Origin: Kiritimatiellia bacterium
GTDB lineage: Bacteria; Verrucomicrobiota; Kiritimatiellia; RFP12; UBA1067
Length of the DNA stretch: 64,000 nt
Reading direction: 5' to 3'
Assembly (NCBI GenBank): GCA_017542055.1
Contig: JAFXXW010000030.1
Coordinates: 369-64,368, forward strand
Below the pieces are notes generated by a model, which did no database searches, was not told where the DNA came from, and worked only from the letters and a program-made list of their open reading frames with translations. The position numbers were made by a program, and so were the translations under genes. Shown one piece after another: positions 39,049-48,217 of the stretch; the first letter of the stretch is position 1; each line of letters starts with the position of its first letter.

Positions 39049-40147
39049 CCCAGTTTTTGAACACCACCTCTTGGCCGTTGGCCTTGATGGCGGCGTAGAC
39101 TTCGGCCGGCGCGCGACCGTCCGTCAGCGTGAACTGCGCCACGTCGGGCGCATGCTCCCGCTCGAGCACCGCATAGCCGCCCGGCGTCACCTTGCTCCCG
39201 GCGGACATGTTGTCGGCCGCGTACTGCACGATGTAGTCGCGGAATTTGGGCGCCTCGCGCGTGGATACGGTCATGCAGCATTGCGGAAAAACGATGCGGA
39301 AAGCGAGCATCATCAAATCCACGTCTTCCTCGCTCACGGGATATTCGGGCTGGAAACCGCCCTCCACCGGACAGAAGCGCGGGAAAGCGAACTGCACCTT
39401 GGCCTCGTAGCATTCCTTCATGAGATAGAACGCGTGCGCCGCCAACGACGCGCATTCGGGACGCCAGGGATTGAGCCCCAAAAGAAACGCACACCCCAGC
39501 TGACGGAAACCCGCCTGGCCCGCGCGCAGTTGCGTCCACAGGCGGAAATCGTAATTGGACTTGGGCCCCGCCGGATGGAAATACTTGTAGCGAACGGGAT
39601 CGTACGTCTCCTGGAAACAGGTAAGCGCCTCGTAGCCGGCCTTGAACAGTTCCCGATACCCTTCCAAAGTCTGCGGCGCCACCTCCAGCGAAAGGTTGGA
39701 GAACATCTTTTTGAGCATGCGCCCCACTTCCGCCAGATGCTCCACCGTGTTGACCTTGGGGTCTTCGCCCGCCACAATCAGGAGCGAATCGATTCCGCTC
39801 GCCTTGATCGCCTCGGCCTCGAGCCGGATCTCGTCCATCGAAAGGTTGCGCCGCACCGTCCCCTGATGCTGCACGCGGAAATCGCAATAGCGGCAGGAAT
39901 TGATGCAGGTGTTGCCGATGTACAAGGGCGCGTAGACGCTGACCGTCTTGCCGTAATAGCGAATGCGGGCCTTGCGCGCCTTTTCGCGCATTTCCGGTTT
40001 GAAGGCGTTGGCGGCCTCGCTCGTGAGGTTGAGGAGGTCGAACCAGTCGTGGCGATCCTTGGCCAGCGACGCGCGCACCATCTCCGGCGTCACGCGACCG
40101 TAGTAGTCCAGAACCTCCGCTTCGGAAAACTTGAGGAGCGGGAACAT
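39035..40147 (-). CDS. thiH: 2-iminoacetate synthase ThiH (radical SAM tyrosine lyase)
   Basis: 371 aa from the ATG at 40147, collinear with E. coli ThiH (CINSCRYC cluster, FPRFCPVEGGF, STREAPKFRD, SAGSKVTPGGY). The upstream 140 codons of the track ORF are shadow. Confidence 0.8.
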   Translation of the reverse strand: MFPLLKFSEAEVLDYYGRVTPEMVRASLAKDRHDWFDLLNLTSEAANAFKPEMREKARKARIRYYGKTVSVYAPLYIGNTCINSCRYCDFRVQHQGTVRRNLSMDEIRLEAEAIKASGIDSLLIVAGEDPKVNTVEHLAEVGRMLKKMFSNLSLEVAPQTLEGYRELFKAGYEALTCFQETYDPVRYKYFHPAGPKSNYDFRLWTQLRAGQAGFRQLGCAFLLGLNPWRPECASLAAHAFYLMKECYEAKVQFAFPRFCPVEGGFQPEYPVSEEDVDLMMLAFRIVFPQCCMTVSTREAPKFRDYIVQYAADNMSAGSKVTPGGYAVLEREHAPDVAQFTLTDGRAPAEVYAAIKANGQEVVFKNWDNRI

Positions 40148-40152
40148 CTCGG

Positions 40153-41517
40153 TCAGCCGACTTTCGGCAGTTTGGCGAAGGACGCTTCGAGATCCGCGTC
40201 GGTGGGGATGTAGTCGCCCATCGTGCCGTTGTTGTAGGACTCGTACGCCTTGAGATCGAAATACCCGGTGCCGGTGAGCCCGAAGAGGATCGTCTTCGCC
40301 TCGCCCGTCCGCTTGCACTCCAACGCCTCGTCGATGGCGGCGCGGATGGCATGCGAACTTTCCGGCGCGGGAAGCGTCCCCTCGGTGCGCGCGAAGAGCG
40401 TGGCCGCCTCGAAAACGTCCGTCTGCTTGACCGACTTGGCCTCCATCAGACCCTGCGCGTAGAGTTCCGACAAGGTGGCGCTCATGCCGTGATACCGGAG
40501 TCCGCCCGCGTGGTTGGCGGAAGGAATGAAGTCGCACCCGAGCGTGTACATCTTCTGCAGGGGGCATACCTTGCCCGTGTCGCAGAAATCGTAGGCGTAG
40601 CGTCCCCGGGTGAGCGAAGGACAGCTGGCGGGTTCCACCGCGACAAAGCGATAATCCCGTTCGCCGCGCAGCTTCTCGCCCATGAAAGGAGCGATAAGTC
40701 CGCCTAGATTAGATCCGCCGCCCGCGCAGCCGATGATGACGTCCGGCTTGACACCCAGCTTTCCCATCGCCGCCTTCGCCTCCAGCCCGATGATGGACTG
40801 GTGTAGCAGCACCTGGGCCAGCACGGACCCCAGCACGTAACGGTAGCCCTCGTGGGTGACGGCGTCCTCGACCGCCTCGGAAATGGCGCAACCGAGCGAT
40901 CCGGTGGTGCCGGGATGCTCTTCGTTGATGCGCCGGCCCACCTCCGTGAGCATACTGGGCGAAGGCGTGACCTGCGCGCCGTAAGTGCGCATCACCTCGC
41001 GCCGGAACGGCTTCTGCTCGTAGGAGCACTTGACCATGTAGACCTTGCAGTCCAGCCCGAAGAACGCGCACGCCATCGAAAGCGCCGTGCCCCACTGGCC
41101 GGCTCCGGTTTCGGTGGTGACGCCCTTGAGCCCCTGCTCCTTGGCGTAGTAGGCCTGGGCGATGGCGCTGTTGAGCTTGTGCGAACCGGAAGTGTTGTTG
41201 CCCTCGAACTTGTAGTAGATCTTGGCCGGAGTGCCGAGCGCGCGCTCCAGGAAGTAGGCGCGGATGAGAGGCGAAGGACGGAACATCCGGTAGAAATCGC
41301 GGATTTCTTTGGGAATCGGGAACCAAGGCGTCGTGTCGTCCATCTCCTGCTTCACCAGCTCGTCGCAAAAGATATGCGACGCTTCTTCGGCCGTCACCGG
41401 CTTGAGCGTGCAGGGATTCAAGAGCGGCGAGGGCTTTACCTTCATGTCCGCGCGCACGTTGTACCACGCCTCCGGGACCTCGCTCTCGGTCAAATACGTC
41501 TTGTAAGGTATGTCCAT
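40153..41517 (-). CDS. TrpB-like PLP-dependent enzyme (TrpB2 / COG1350 type)
   Basis: About 454 aa from MDIPYKTYL (ATG 41517). It has the PLP lysine motif GSHKLNSA, the Gly loop GCAGGGSNLGG and the long TrpB2-type N-terminus. Its stop lies 6 nt from the thiH ATG. Confidence 0.8.
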   Translation of the reverse strand: MDIPYKTYLTESEVPEAWYNVRADMKVKPSPLLNPCTLKPVTAEEASHIFCDELVKQEMDDTTPWFPIPKEIRDFYRMFRPSPLIRAYFLERALGTPAKIYYKFEGNNTSGSHKLNSAIAQAYYAKEQGLKGVTTETGAGQWGTALSMACAFFGLDCKVYMVKCSYEQKPFRREVMRTYGAQVTPSPSMLTEVGRRINEEHPGTTGSLGCAISEAVEDAVTHEGYRYVLGSVLAQVLLHQSIIGLEAKAAMGKLGVKPDVIIGCAGGGSNLGGLIAPFMGEKLRGERDYRFVAVEPASCPSLTRGRYAYDFCDTGKVCPLQKMYTLGCDFIPSANHAGGLRYHGMSATLSELYAQGLMEAKSVKQTDVFEAATLFARTEGTLPAPESSHAIRAAIDEALECKRTGEAKTILFGLTGTGYFDLKAYESYNNGTMGDYIPTDADLEASFAKLPKVG

Positions 41518-41541
41518 CTTGTGCCTTTCGTGTCTTCCAGT

Positions 41542-41615
41542 TGGTTGTCCGGGGTGGATTCGAACCACCTCGAAGGGTATCAAAAACCCCTATGCTGCCA
41601 TTACATCACCGGACA
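41542..41615 (-). tRNA. tRNA-Gln (anticodon UUG), CCA encoded
   Basis: The reverse complement reads TGTCCGGTGATGTAATGGCAGCATAGGGGTTTTTGATACCCTTCGAGGTGGTTCGAATCCACCCCGGACAACCA. It has the U1:A72 pair typical of tRNA-Gln and the anticodon loop TTTTGAT. Confidence 0.9.
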
Positions 41616-42400
41616 ATGGTGTGCGCGATTTCCGCCCAATAGCCGCGAGCGCGCAACTCGCCTGCGAGCCGTGCCGCCTCGGCCTCGTCCCGCACCTTTT
41701 TGAAAACGCACGACCCGCTTCCGCTCATCATGGCCCCCTCCCCCATCGCCGCCTTCAACACGCCGATTTCGGGATGGAGCCGGATTGCCGCCGCCTCCAA
41801 ATCGTTGATTGGATGTATATTATACTCTTTTTCGGACGGAAAATCAAGGCGGCAATCGCAATTCCGGTAAACTTCCGCAGTGGAGGAGGCCACTCCCGGA
41901 TGGGCCACCACCAGTACGAACGGCAACCCCGCCTGTTCCATTTCGCGCGGCGAAAGCGGCGTCACCTTTTCGCCCCGACCCTCCATCCAGCACGGTTTTC
42001 CGCACAGCAAAGCCGGCACGTCCGATCCCACCTGCGCCGCGATCGCCATCAGTTCGGCCTCGCTTTTGCCGAGATTCCAGAACCGGTCGAGTCCCCTCAA
42101 GGCGGCTGCCGCGTCGGCGCTACCGCCCCCGAGGCCCCCTCCGGCCGGAATCCGCTTGGCGACCCTCACGAACGCCCCGCGACCCGGTGCGAGCAGTCGG
42201 GCCGCTTTGAGGATGAGATCGTCCGGGTAGCCGGAGTCGGTGGCGAGTTCGGGCGATTCTTCGATCGATAGCGTATCGTGGAGCGAAATCGGCAACACCA
42301 CGCTCCTGAGCGCGTGGTAGCCGTCGGGTCTGAGTCCGTAAACCTCCAACGTGAGGTTTATCTTGGCGCAGGCGTCGACCTCAAGCCGTCTGCAACTCAC
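41606..42400 (-). CDS. ispE: 4-diphosphocytidyl-2-C-methyl-D-erythritol kinase
   Basis: 264 aa GHMP kinase with KINLTLEV and PAGGGLGGGSADAAA. Its last codons overlap the tRNA-Gln 5' end. Confidence 0.85.
   Translation of the reverse strand: MSCRRLEVDACAKINLTLEVYGLRPDGYHALRSVVLPISLHDTLSIEESPELATDSGYPDDLILKAARLLAPGRGAFVRVAKRIPAGGGLGGGSADAAAALRGLDRFWNLGKSEAELMAIAAQVGSDVPALLCGKPCWMEGRGEKVTPLSPREMEQAGLPFVLVVAHPGVASSTAEVYRNCDCRLDFPSEKEYNIHPINDLEAAAIRLHPEIGVLKAAMGEGAMMSGSGSCVFKKVRDEAEAARLAGELRARGYWAEIAHTIVR
41819..41847 (-). promoter_or_regulatory. Internal promoter inside the ispE coding region, facing tRNA-Gln/trpB2-like/thiH
   Basis: TTGATT-N17-TATAAT (…GAAAAAGAGTATAATATAC…). It is encoded by rare AT-rich codons (EKEYNIH) in an otherwise GC-rich gene. 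Confidence 0.55.
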
Positions 42401-43688
42401 AAATGGCCCGGTAGAGATTGTCGAACAGCTTGCGGAGCTTGCCGGTGGGCACGGTCGAGAAGCTGATGCGCACGAGCCCCGAAAGGACGATCACGCCCGT
42501 TGAATACTTGCGGATCAACAGCTTGCGCACCGCCTCGGGATCGACCGCGATGGGCTTGACGCACATGAAGTAGCCGGAGTTGAACGGCATGGGGCGGAAC
42601 GCCACCTTGGTGTATTCCGGATGCTCCTTGAAAATCTTGCGCACCATGTCGTAACGACGCTTCAGCACGGCGAACTTCTTGTCCTTCTGCTTCTGGTACT
42701 GCGGATCCAGATACGCGTTGAGCGCGATGTGCTGGCCGAGCGAGCTGCAGTTGGAGATGGACGAACGCACGTTGCCGGCCGCCTTGGCCTCGATGGCCTT
42801 GAACTGTTCCGGCTCGGTGAAGAGCTTGCCGCCGAACGACGCGAAACCGATCCTGAGTCCCCACGCGTAGTCTTCCTTGGTGGTGCCGTCCAGCTTAACC
42901 GCGATGATCCGGTCGTCCGCCTTGCAGAAATCGGCGAAGAGCGACTCCTTGTGCACGCCCGGCTCGTAAACGAGCCCGAAGTACGCGTCGTCCAGCACCA
43001 CCACCACCTTCTTGTTCTTGCGGACTGCGGTCTTGACCGCCGCCACGATGTTCTTGGCGTCCTCCTCGGTGGGGGTGTAGCCGGTGGGGTTGTTGGGGAA
43101 GTTGAGGATGAGCACCTTCTTGTCGCCCTTGGACTGCAACGCGGTCTTGAGCGACTCGGCGTCGAACTTGCCGGTGCGCATGAAGGTGTTGAACTTGCGG
43201 ATCTTGCAGCCTACCGCGTCGCGGAAGATGAGTTCGTAGTTGTCCCAGGAGAGATCGGGAATGACCAGCTCGTCCTCGGGATCGGCAAAGAGCTCCGCGC
43301 ACACCCTGAGCCCGTGCGTCAAGGCGCTCGTCACGATCGGCAGCGAATACTGCACCTTGGCCATCGAAGGATTCTTCTGCATCTGCAAACCCTTCCACAC
43401 CTCGCGCAAATTCTGCAGCCCGAACGATCCCGCGTACAGATACGCCTTCTTGTCCAGGTTGATGGCCTTCTTGAACGAATCCATCACGAGCGCAGTGTTG
43501 TCATCCTCGAACGCCATGCCGATGGTGGCGTTGAGCGCGCACTCCTTGGCTTCCGCACCCTGTCCCAGGATGCCGCCATAGGGGAAGTACATGCGCTTGC
43601 CGGTTGCCGAGAGAAACTCCGCCACGGGACCCAATTTGGCGTTGAGGTCCGCTGCCAGCGGATGGAGAGTAGAGTCTGGATCTTTCAT
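42381..43688 (-). CDS. Class I/II PLP-dependent aminotransferase
   Basis: 435 aa with NFPNNPTGY, the DDAYFGLVY motif and a K-containing TTKEDYAWGLRIGF segment. Confidence 0.75.
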   Translation of the reverse strand: MKDPDSTLHPLAADLNAKLGPVAEFLSATGKRMYFPYGGILGQGAEAKECALNATIGMAFEDDNTALVMDSFKKAINLDKKAYLYAGSFGLQNLREVWKGLQMQKNPSMAKVQYSLPIVTSALTHGLRVCAELFADPEDELVIPDLSWDNYELIFRDAVGCKIRKFNTFMRTGKFDAESLKTALQSKGDKKVLILNFPNNPTGYTPTEEDAKNIVAAVKTAVRKNKKVVVVLDDAYFGLVYEPGVHKESLFADFCKADDRIIAVKLDGTTKEDYAWGLRIGFASFGGKLFTEPEQFKAIEAKAAGNVRSSISNCSSLGQHIALNAYLDPQYQKQKDKKFAVLKRRYDMVRKIFKEHPEYTKVAFRPMPFNSGYFMCVKPIAVDPEAVRKLLIRKYSTGVIVLSGLVRISFSTVPTGKLRKLFDNLYRAICELQTA

Positions 43689-43699
43689 AATGGGCGAGT

Positions 43700-43728
43700 A
43701 TTATATCATATTTTGGCGGAAAAATCAA
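43700..43728 (-). promoter_or_regulatory. Promoter of the aminotransferase-ispE operon (near-leaderless)
   Basis: TTGATT-N17-TATAAT within CCAAAATATGATATAATA. There are 11 nt to the ATG at 43688, with no SD. Confidence 0.7.
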
Positions 43729-45241
43729 GCCCCAACCGGCCGATTCGATAATTCATCATCCGGGGCGAAACCCCCAGCTCCCGCCCGGCCGCGCTCTTGT
43801 TGCCCTTGTGCCGCAAAACCGCATCTTGCAGGATTTGCCGCTCGAAATCGGCCAATTGCGCCTCCAGCGTCTTGCCGCGCGCGACCGGAAAAGGATCTTC
43901 GGCCAACTCCGGCACCTGCAACTGGGGCGGCAGATTGTAGCCGTGAATCATGTCGTCGCGCGTGGTGAGGACGGCCCGCTCGATGCAATTCTCCAGCTCG
44001 CGCACGTTGCCAGGCCAACCGTACTTGAGCAGCATGTTGACGGCCGGCGTGGTCATGCCTTTCACGTTTTTGCCGTACTTGAGATTCATCTTCTTGATGA
44101 AATCCTCCGCCAGCAGCACCACGTCGCCCGACCGGTCCGCCAGCTTCGGCAGCGTGATCGGAAAAACCGAAAGCCGGTAGTACAGGTCCTCGCGGAACAG
44201 CTTCTGCGCCATCAGCTCCTCCAGATTGCGCGAAGTGGCCGCGATGAATCTCACGTCGGAACGGATTTCGCGGTTGGACCCCACCCGGCTGAACGTGCGC
44301 TCCTGCAAGAACCGCAAAAGCTTGATCTGCACCGGAATGGAGAGGTCGCCGATTTCGTCCAGAAAGAGCGTCCCTCCGTCCGCCGCCTCCGCCCGACCTA
44401 TCCGCTGCGCGAACGCATCGGTGAACGCGCCCTTTTCGTGCCCGAAGAGTTCGCTCTCGACGAGACTCTCCGGCAAGGCCGCGCAGTTCAAGGTGACGAA
44501 CGGCTTGTCGCGCCGGGGCGAAGCCGCCTGGATGGCCCGCGCCACCAGTTCCTTGCCCGTGCCCGAAGCGCCCCGGATGAGCACGGTAGCCTCCGACGGC
44601 GCCACCTGCCGAACCTGCTCGTACACCGACCTCATCTCCCGGCAGTTGCCGATGATTTCGCCCGGCCGGTCGTTCAAAATCTCCTTGAGCCGCTTGTTTT
44701 CGTCCGTCAAGGCCGCGCGCTCCTCCACCTCCGCCAGACATGCCGCAGCCGCATCGGCCGTGATGTTGGCGATAATCTCCAACAGCGCCACGTCCTTTTC
44801 CAACGTGGAGGCGTTTTCGTCGGTGTTTTCGCGATCCACCGACAGCGTCCCCACCACCTGGCCCAAATGGACCAGCGGCACGCAGATGAACGAAAGATTG
44901 TCGTTCCGGTCGCGCGCTCCGGTGCGGTTGAGGAAGCGATGGTCGGTGCGGATGTCGCGCACCACTTCCGCCTGGCCGGTGCGCGCCACCGTGCCGGTGA
45001 TGCCCTCGCCCAACCGGTACCGGCCCAACGCGCGCTCTTCGGCGTTGAGGTCGTCGGTGGTGGCCTCGATCCGGAGTTCGTCGCCCTCGAGGAGCGTGAT
45101 CGTACCCCGAAGCATGCCCATCCGGTCGTGCAGAAGCGCGATGATCTTTTCCAGAAGCCGCCTCACGTCGCGCTCCGACACGAGCGTGCGCGACACCTCC
45201 TGCAGCACGGAAATCTCCGGCGAGAGCTTGAGGTCGTTCAT
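43706..45241 (-). CDS. Sigma-54-dependent transcriptional activator (GAF-AAA+-Fis HTH)
   Basis: 511 aa from the ATG at 45241 with an N-terminal GAF domain. It has Walker A GASGTGKE, the GAFTDA loop (GAFTGA variant), ESELFGHEKGAF, and a C-terminal HTH. Confidence 0.85.
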   Translation of the reverse strand: MNDLKLSPEISVLQEVSRTLVSERDVRRLLEKIIALLHDRMGMLRGTITLLEGDELRIEATTDDLNAEERALGRYRLGEGITGTVARTGQAEVVRDIRTDHRFLNRTGARDRNDNLSFICVPLVHLGQVVGTLSVDRENTDENASTLEKDVALLEIIANITADAAAACLAEVEERAALTDENKRLKEILNDRPGEIIGNCREMRSVYEQVRQVAPSEATVLIRGASGTGKELVARAIQAASPRRDKPFVTLNCAALPESLVESELFGHEKGAFTDAFAQRIGRAEAADGGTLFLDEIGDLSIPVQIKLLRFLQERTFSRVGSNREIRSDVRFIAATSRNLEELMAQKLFREDLYYRLSVFPITLPKLADRSGDVVLLAEDFIKKMNLKYGKNVKGMTTPAVNMLLKYGWPGNVRELENCIERAVLTTRDDMIHGYNLPPQLQVPELAEDPFPVARGKTLEAQLADFERQILQDAVLRHKGNKSAAGRELGVSPRMMNYRIGRLGLDFSAKI

Positions 45242-45903
45242 TTGACCGCGTCGTAGAGTTCCTGCGCGTACGCCCGGAGCTTTACCTTCTCCTGCGCGAT
45301 CGCTTCGGGAACCTCGAGCTCGTCGATTTCCTTCAAGATGGCTTCCACCTTGGGCTTGGCGTACTTCTTGACCGCAGTCATCCCCCCGCCGAGCTTCTGC
45401 TTGTAGAGCTTGTTCATCACGGGAACGATGGTGTCGAACTTGGCAGCGATGGGCATGATGTACTTGTCGATGTCCGCCTGGTTGGCCTTGAGGTAATCGA
45501 TGGTCTTGACGTAATTGTCCGCCCCGCCCTGCTCGTAGCCGAGCCGGCTTATCACCTTGCCGTCCGCGTCCAGAATGTAGCAGGAAGGAAAGCCCTTCAC
45601 CTGGTAGTCCTCGCAAACCTGTTTGTTGTGTTCGCGCGCCCAATCGGACAGAAGCGAGCGGTCCTGCGGCATGTCGATGTAGACGAGTTCGTACCCGCCC
45701 GCCATCTTGGCGCGGAAGACTTCGGAGGAGAGCACCTCCTGCTCCAACCGCCTGCACCAGCCGCACCAGTCGCTGCCGGAGCAGACCATGAACACGCTCT
45801 TGTTGTTCGCCTTGGCGGACTTGAGCGCCTCGGGCAGGTTGTCGGTGAAGCCGGTCGGGGTGGAGGTGGCCGCCAGCAGCAATGCGCAAAGTATCGTCGT
45901 CAT
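45238..45903 (-). CDS. Secreted thioredoxin-fold protein (WCGWC active site)
   Basis: 221 aa with a signal peptide, a CxxC motif in the thioredoxin-like context FMVCSGSDWCGWCRRLE and a helical C-terminal extension. Confidence 0.65.
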   Translation of the reverse strand: MTTILCALLLAATSTPTGFTDNLPEALKSAKANNKSVFMVCSGSDWCGWCRRLEQEVLSSEVFRAKMAGGYELVYIDMPQDRSLLSDWAREHNKQVCEDYQVKGFPSCYILDADGKVISRLGYEQGGADNYVKTIDYLKANQADIDKYIMPIAAKFDTIVPVMNKLYKQKLGGGMTAVKKYAKPKVEAILKEIDELEVPEAIAQEKVKLRAYAQELYDAVK

Positions 45904-45904
45904 T

Positions 45905-47248
45905 TTACTCGGCTCCCAGGCAAAGACCGATTTCCTTGATGCCGGCCGCGTCGAGCGCGTAGGCCGGATCGATCTCGATCGCCACGTCCTTGCGCACCAG
46001 CACTCCCGCTTCCGCCAACGCCTTGGCCCACTTCTCCTGCATGTCCGCCTTGCAGGTGGCGGGCGAGTCGCCGCCTTCCGCGTTCTTCACGGGGCTGAAC
46101 TCGTCCTTCTGGTCGAACGCCAGAAACGCCGCCGTCTTGGCGTTGGGCAGGATGTCGAAAATGAACTTCTCGAACTTGTAGCCGTTGGGCTCGGTGGGCT
46201 TGACCACGTTCCCCTTGTCGTCCGTCATCGGAATCTTCTTGAACGCCAGGTGGAGCGGCATGGGCCGGCCCGCCTCGCGCTCCAGGAACGCGCGGTCGAA
46301 CACGTGGATGGCGGGCGAACCGTACAGGAAGTACAGCTTGCCGTCCTTGGCCTTGCGCGTGCACTGCTCCTTGGTCATTTCGGTGTATTCCACCATGCGA
46401 TACTGCTGGCCGAACTTCATGGGCATGCCCACCTTCTCGAACGCGTCGCGCTTGGCGCAGAGCTTGAGCGAATATTCGCTCTTCATGTTCACGTGGTAGC
46501 CCACGAACGCGGGATCGGCGATCTCCACCAGGGGATTGTCCACCTGGAAGAAGAACACGCTCTTGATGCCGCGCTTCTTCATATCCTTGAGCGCGCCGGA
46601 CTTCTTGAGCGCGGCCAAAAGTCCGCCATGTCCGTCGGGCGACATGAAGACGTGCCCGGGCGCGTCAAGAATGATCTTGCCCTCGGCCGTCATGCCCGGC
46701 CACATGCCCTGCGTGAAGAAGAACACGTCCTTGGGATCGAGCCCGAAGTAGTTGTTCTTTTGGAAGCACTCGACCGTCGCGGCGTTGTTGGCCTCCGACG
46801 TCATCACGTAGAACGGAATCGGCTTGCCGTAGCGATTGCCCCGCGCCAGAATCTTGCGCGCATGGAAGTAGAAGAGCGGCGCGTTGGTGATGGGGCCGAT
46901 CGGATAGCAGCCCTTGGGCCCCTCGAAGCCCAAACGCGATCCCTGTCCGCCCGCCACCAAAAGCGCCGCCACGCGTCCGGCCTTGAGTTCCGCCTCGCCG
47001 GTGGCGACCGCTTCCTTCAGCGCCTTGCCCTTCAGCACCGCCACCTTGGGCGCCACGCCCTTGGAGTTGTCGACTGCCGTCGTGCCGGCCTTGAGCGCCG
47101 CCTGGCAGTACTTGACGTTCTTGGGTTCGATCTTGGCCACCTGCTCGAGGAGCGCGGTCTGTTCCGCCTTCTTCAGCTTGCCGTAGAACTTGAGCACGTG
47201 CTCCTGGCCGCAGCCCTTCAACATCTTCTCCGCTTCTTGGATCGTCAT
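45905..47248 (-). CDS. UDPGP-family UDP-sugar (UDP-GlcNAc-type) pyrophosphorylase
   Basis: 447 aa with LVAGGQGSRLG, a eukaryote-like UAP1 core (PDGHGG, QVDNPL) and NGYKFEKFIFD. Confidence 0.75.
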   Translation of the reverse strand: MTIQEAEKMLKGCGQEHVLKFYGKLKKAEQTALLEQVAKIEPKNVKYCQAALKAGTTAVDNSKGVAPKVAVLKGKALKEAVATGEAELKAGRVAALLVAGGQGSRLGFEGPKGCYPIGPITNAPLFYFHARKILARGNRYGKPIPFYVMTSEANNAATVECFQKNNYFGLDPKDVFFFTQGMWPGMTAEGKIILDAPGHVFMSPDGHGGLLAALKKSGALKDMKKRGIKSVFFFQVDNPLVEIADPAFVGYHVNMKSEYSLKLCAKRDAFEKVGMPMKFGQQYRMVEYTEMTKEQCTRKAKDGKLYFLYGSPAIHVFDRAFLEREAGRPMPLHLAFKKIPMTDDKGNVVKPTEPNGYKFEKFIFDILPNAKTAAFLAFDQKDEFSPVKNAEGGDSPATCKADMQEKWAKALAEAGVLVRKDVAIEIDPAYALDAAGIKEIGLCLGAE

Positions 47249-47270
47249 GGTTTCCCTCCTTGGTTTATGT

Positions 47271-48158
47271 TCAATTCTTGCACACCGGCTCCAGTATCCA
47301 GCGCTTGTTGTACCAAAACCAGTCGCCCGGATGTCGCATGATGTGGTCAGAAAGAATCTTGAGCGCCTCCTGGGTGAGCTCCTGCGCCGTCTTGCCCTCG
47401 GGCCGGAGCGTCGCGAGGTGGTTGAACGCGTGCTTGCCGTTCCTGCGTTCCATCGCCGCCACCACGATGGGCGAACCGCACTTCACGGCGAACATGCAGG
47501 CGCCGTGCGAAACGTTGGCCTTGTGACCCAGAAAATCCACTTCCGTATCGGGCGTGGGTACGCGCAGATCCGGCAGAATGGCGAACGCCCGCCCACCCTG
47601 CAGATAGTCCTTGATCCGGTTGAGCGTGCCGTGTTCGTTCCGGCACAGCACCTCGATGTCGCCGTACTGGCGATTCATCCACTCGTTGATCTTGGGATTG
47701 CGCTGCCTGGCCGCGATGGCGAAGAGCGGCAGCCCGTACTTGGCCATCGACCACGCCGCCATGTACCAGTTGCCTGAATGCGGCACCATGATCACCACGC
47801 CCTTGCCCTCGTCCACGTACGCCTGCAGCTTGGCCTTGTATTCCGCGCCGTCGATCACGTGCTCGTCCATCCACCGGCGCGTCAGCTTGGGCGCGCGAAT
47901 CATCTCGACCGCGTTGCCCAGCACGTTGGCGAGCGAATCGACGGCTATCTTCAGGCGTCCGCGCTCGCCGAGTTCCGGAAAAACCTGGGCGATGCGCTTC
48001 ATCGTCCGCTCGCGTTGGAACTTGAAAACCCGCACCGCCAGCCACGCCATTCCCCGCACCGACGCCATCGCGATCCGGTAAGGGATGGCGTTCACCAGCG
48101 CGCAAGCGGTTCTGAGCGCGTAATATTCGAAATTTATCGCCGTTCGGCTCTTTCTCAT
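47271..48158 (-). CDS. Lipid A biosynthesis (LpxL/HtrB-family) lysophospholipid acyltransferase
   Basis: 295 aa with an N-terminal TM segment and the HSGNW catalytic motif. Confidence 0.7.
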   Translation of the reverse strand: MRKSRTAINFEYYALRTACALVNAIPYRIAMASVRGMAWLAVRVFKFQRERTMKRIAQVFPELGERGRLKIAVDSLANVLGNAVEMIRAPKLTRRWMDEHVIDGAEYKAKLQAYVDEGKGVVIMVPHSGNWYMAAWSMAKYGLPLFAIAARQRNPKINEWMNRQYGDIEVLCRNEHGTLNRIKDYLQGGRAFAILPDLRVPTPDTEVDFLGHKANVSHGACMFAVKCGSPIVVAAMERRNGKHAFNHLATLRPEGKTAQELTQEALKILSDHIMRHPGDWFWYNKRWILEPVCKN

Positions 48159-48170
48159 GATGTTGTCAGT

Positions 48171-48199
48171 ATTATATCATATTTCCACCCTTATTGCAA
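48171..48199 (-). promoter_or_regulatory. Promoter of the lpxL-like operon (near-leaderless)
   Basis: TTGCAA-N17-TATAAT within GGTGGAAATATGATATAATA. There are 12 nt to the ATG at 48158, with no SD. Confidence 0.7.
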
Positions 48200-48217
48200 G
48201 AGGGAAATGAAAAAAGT

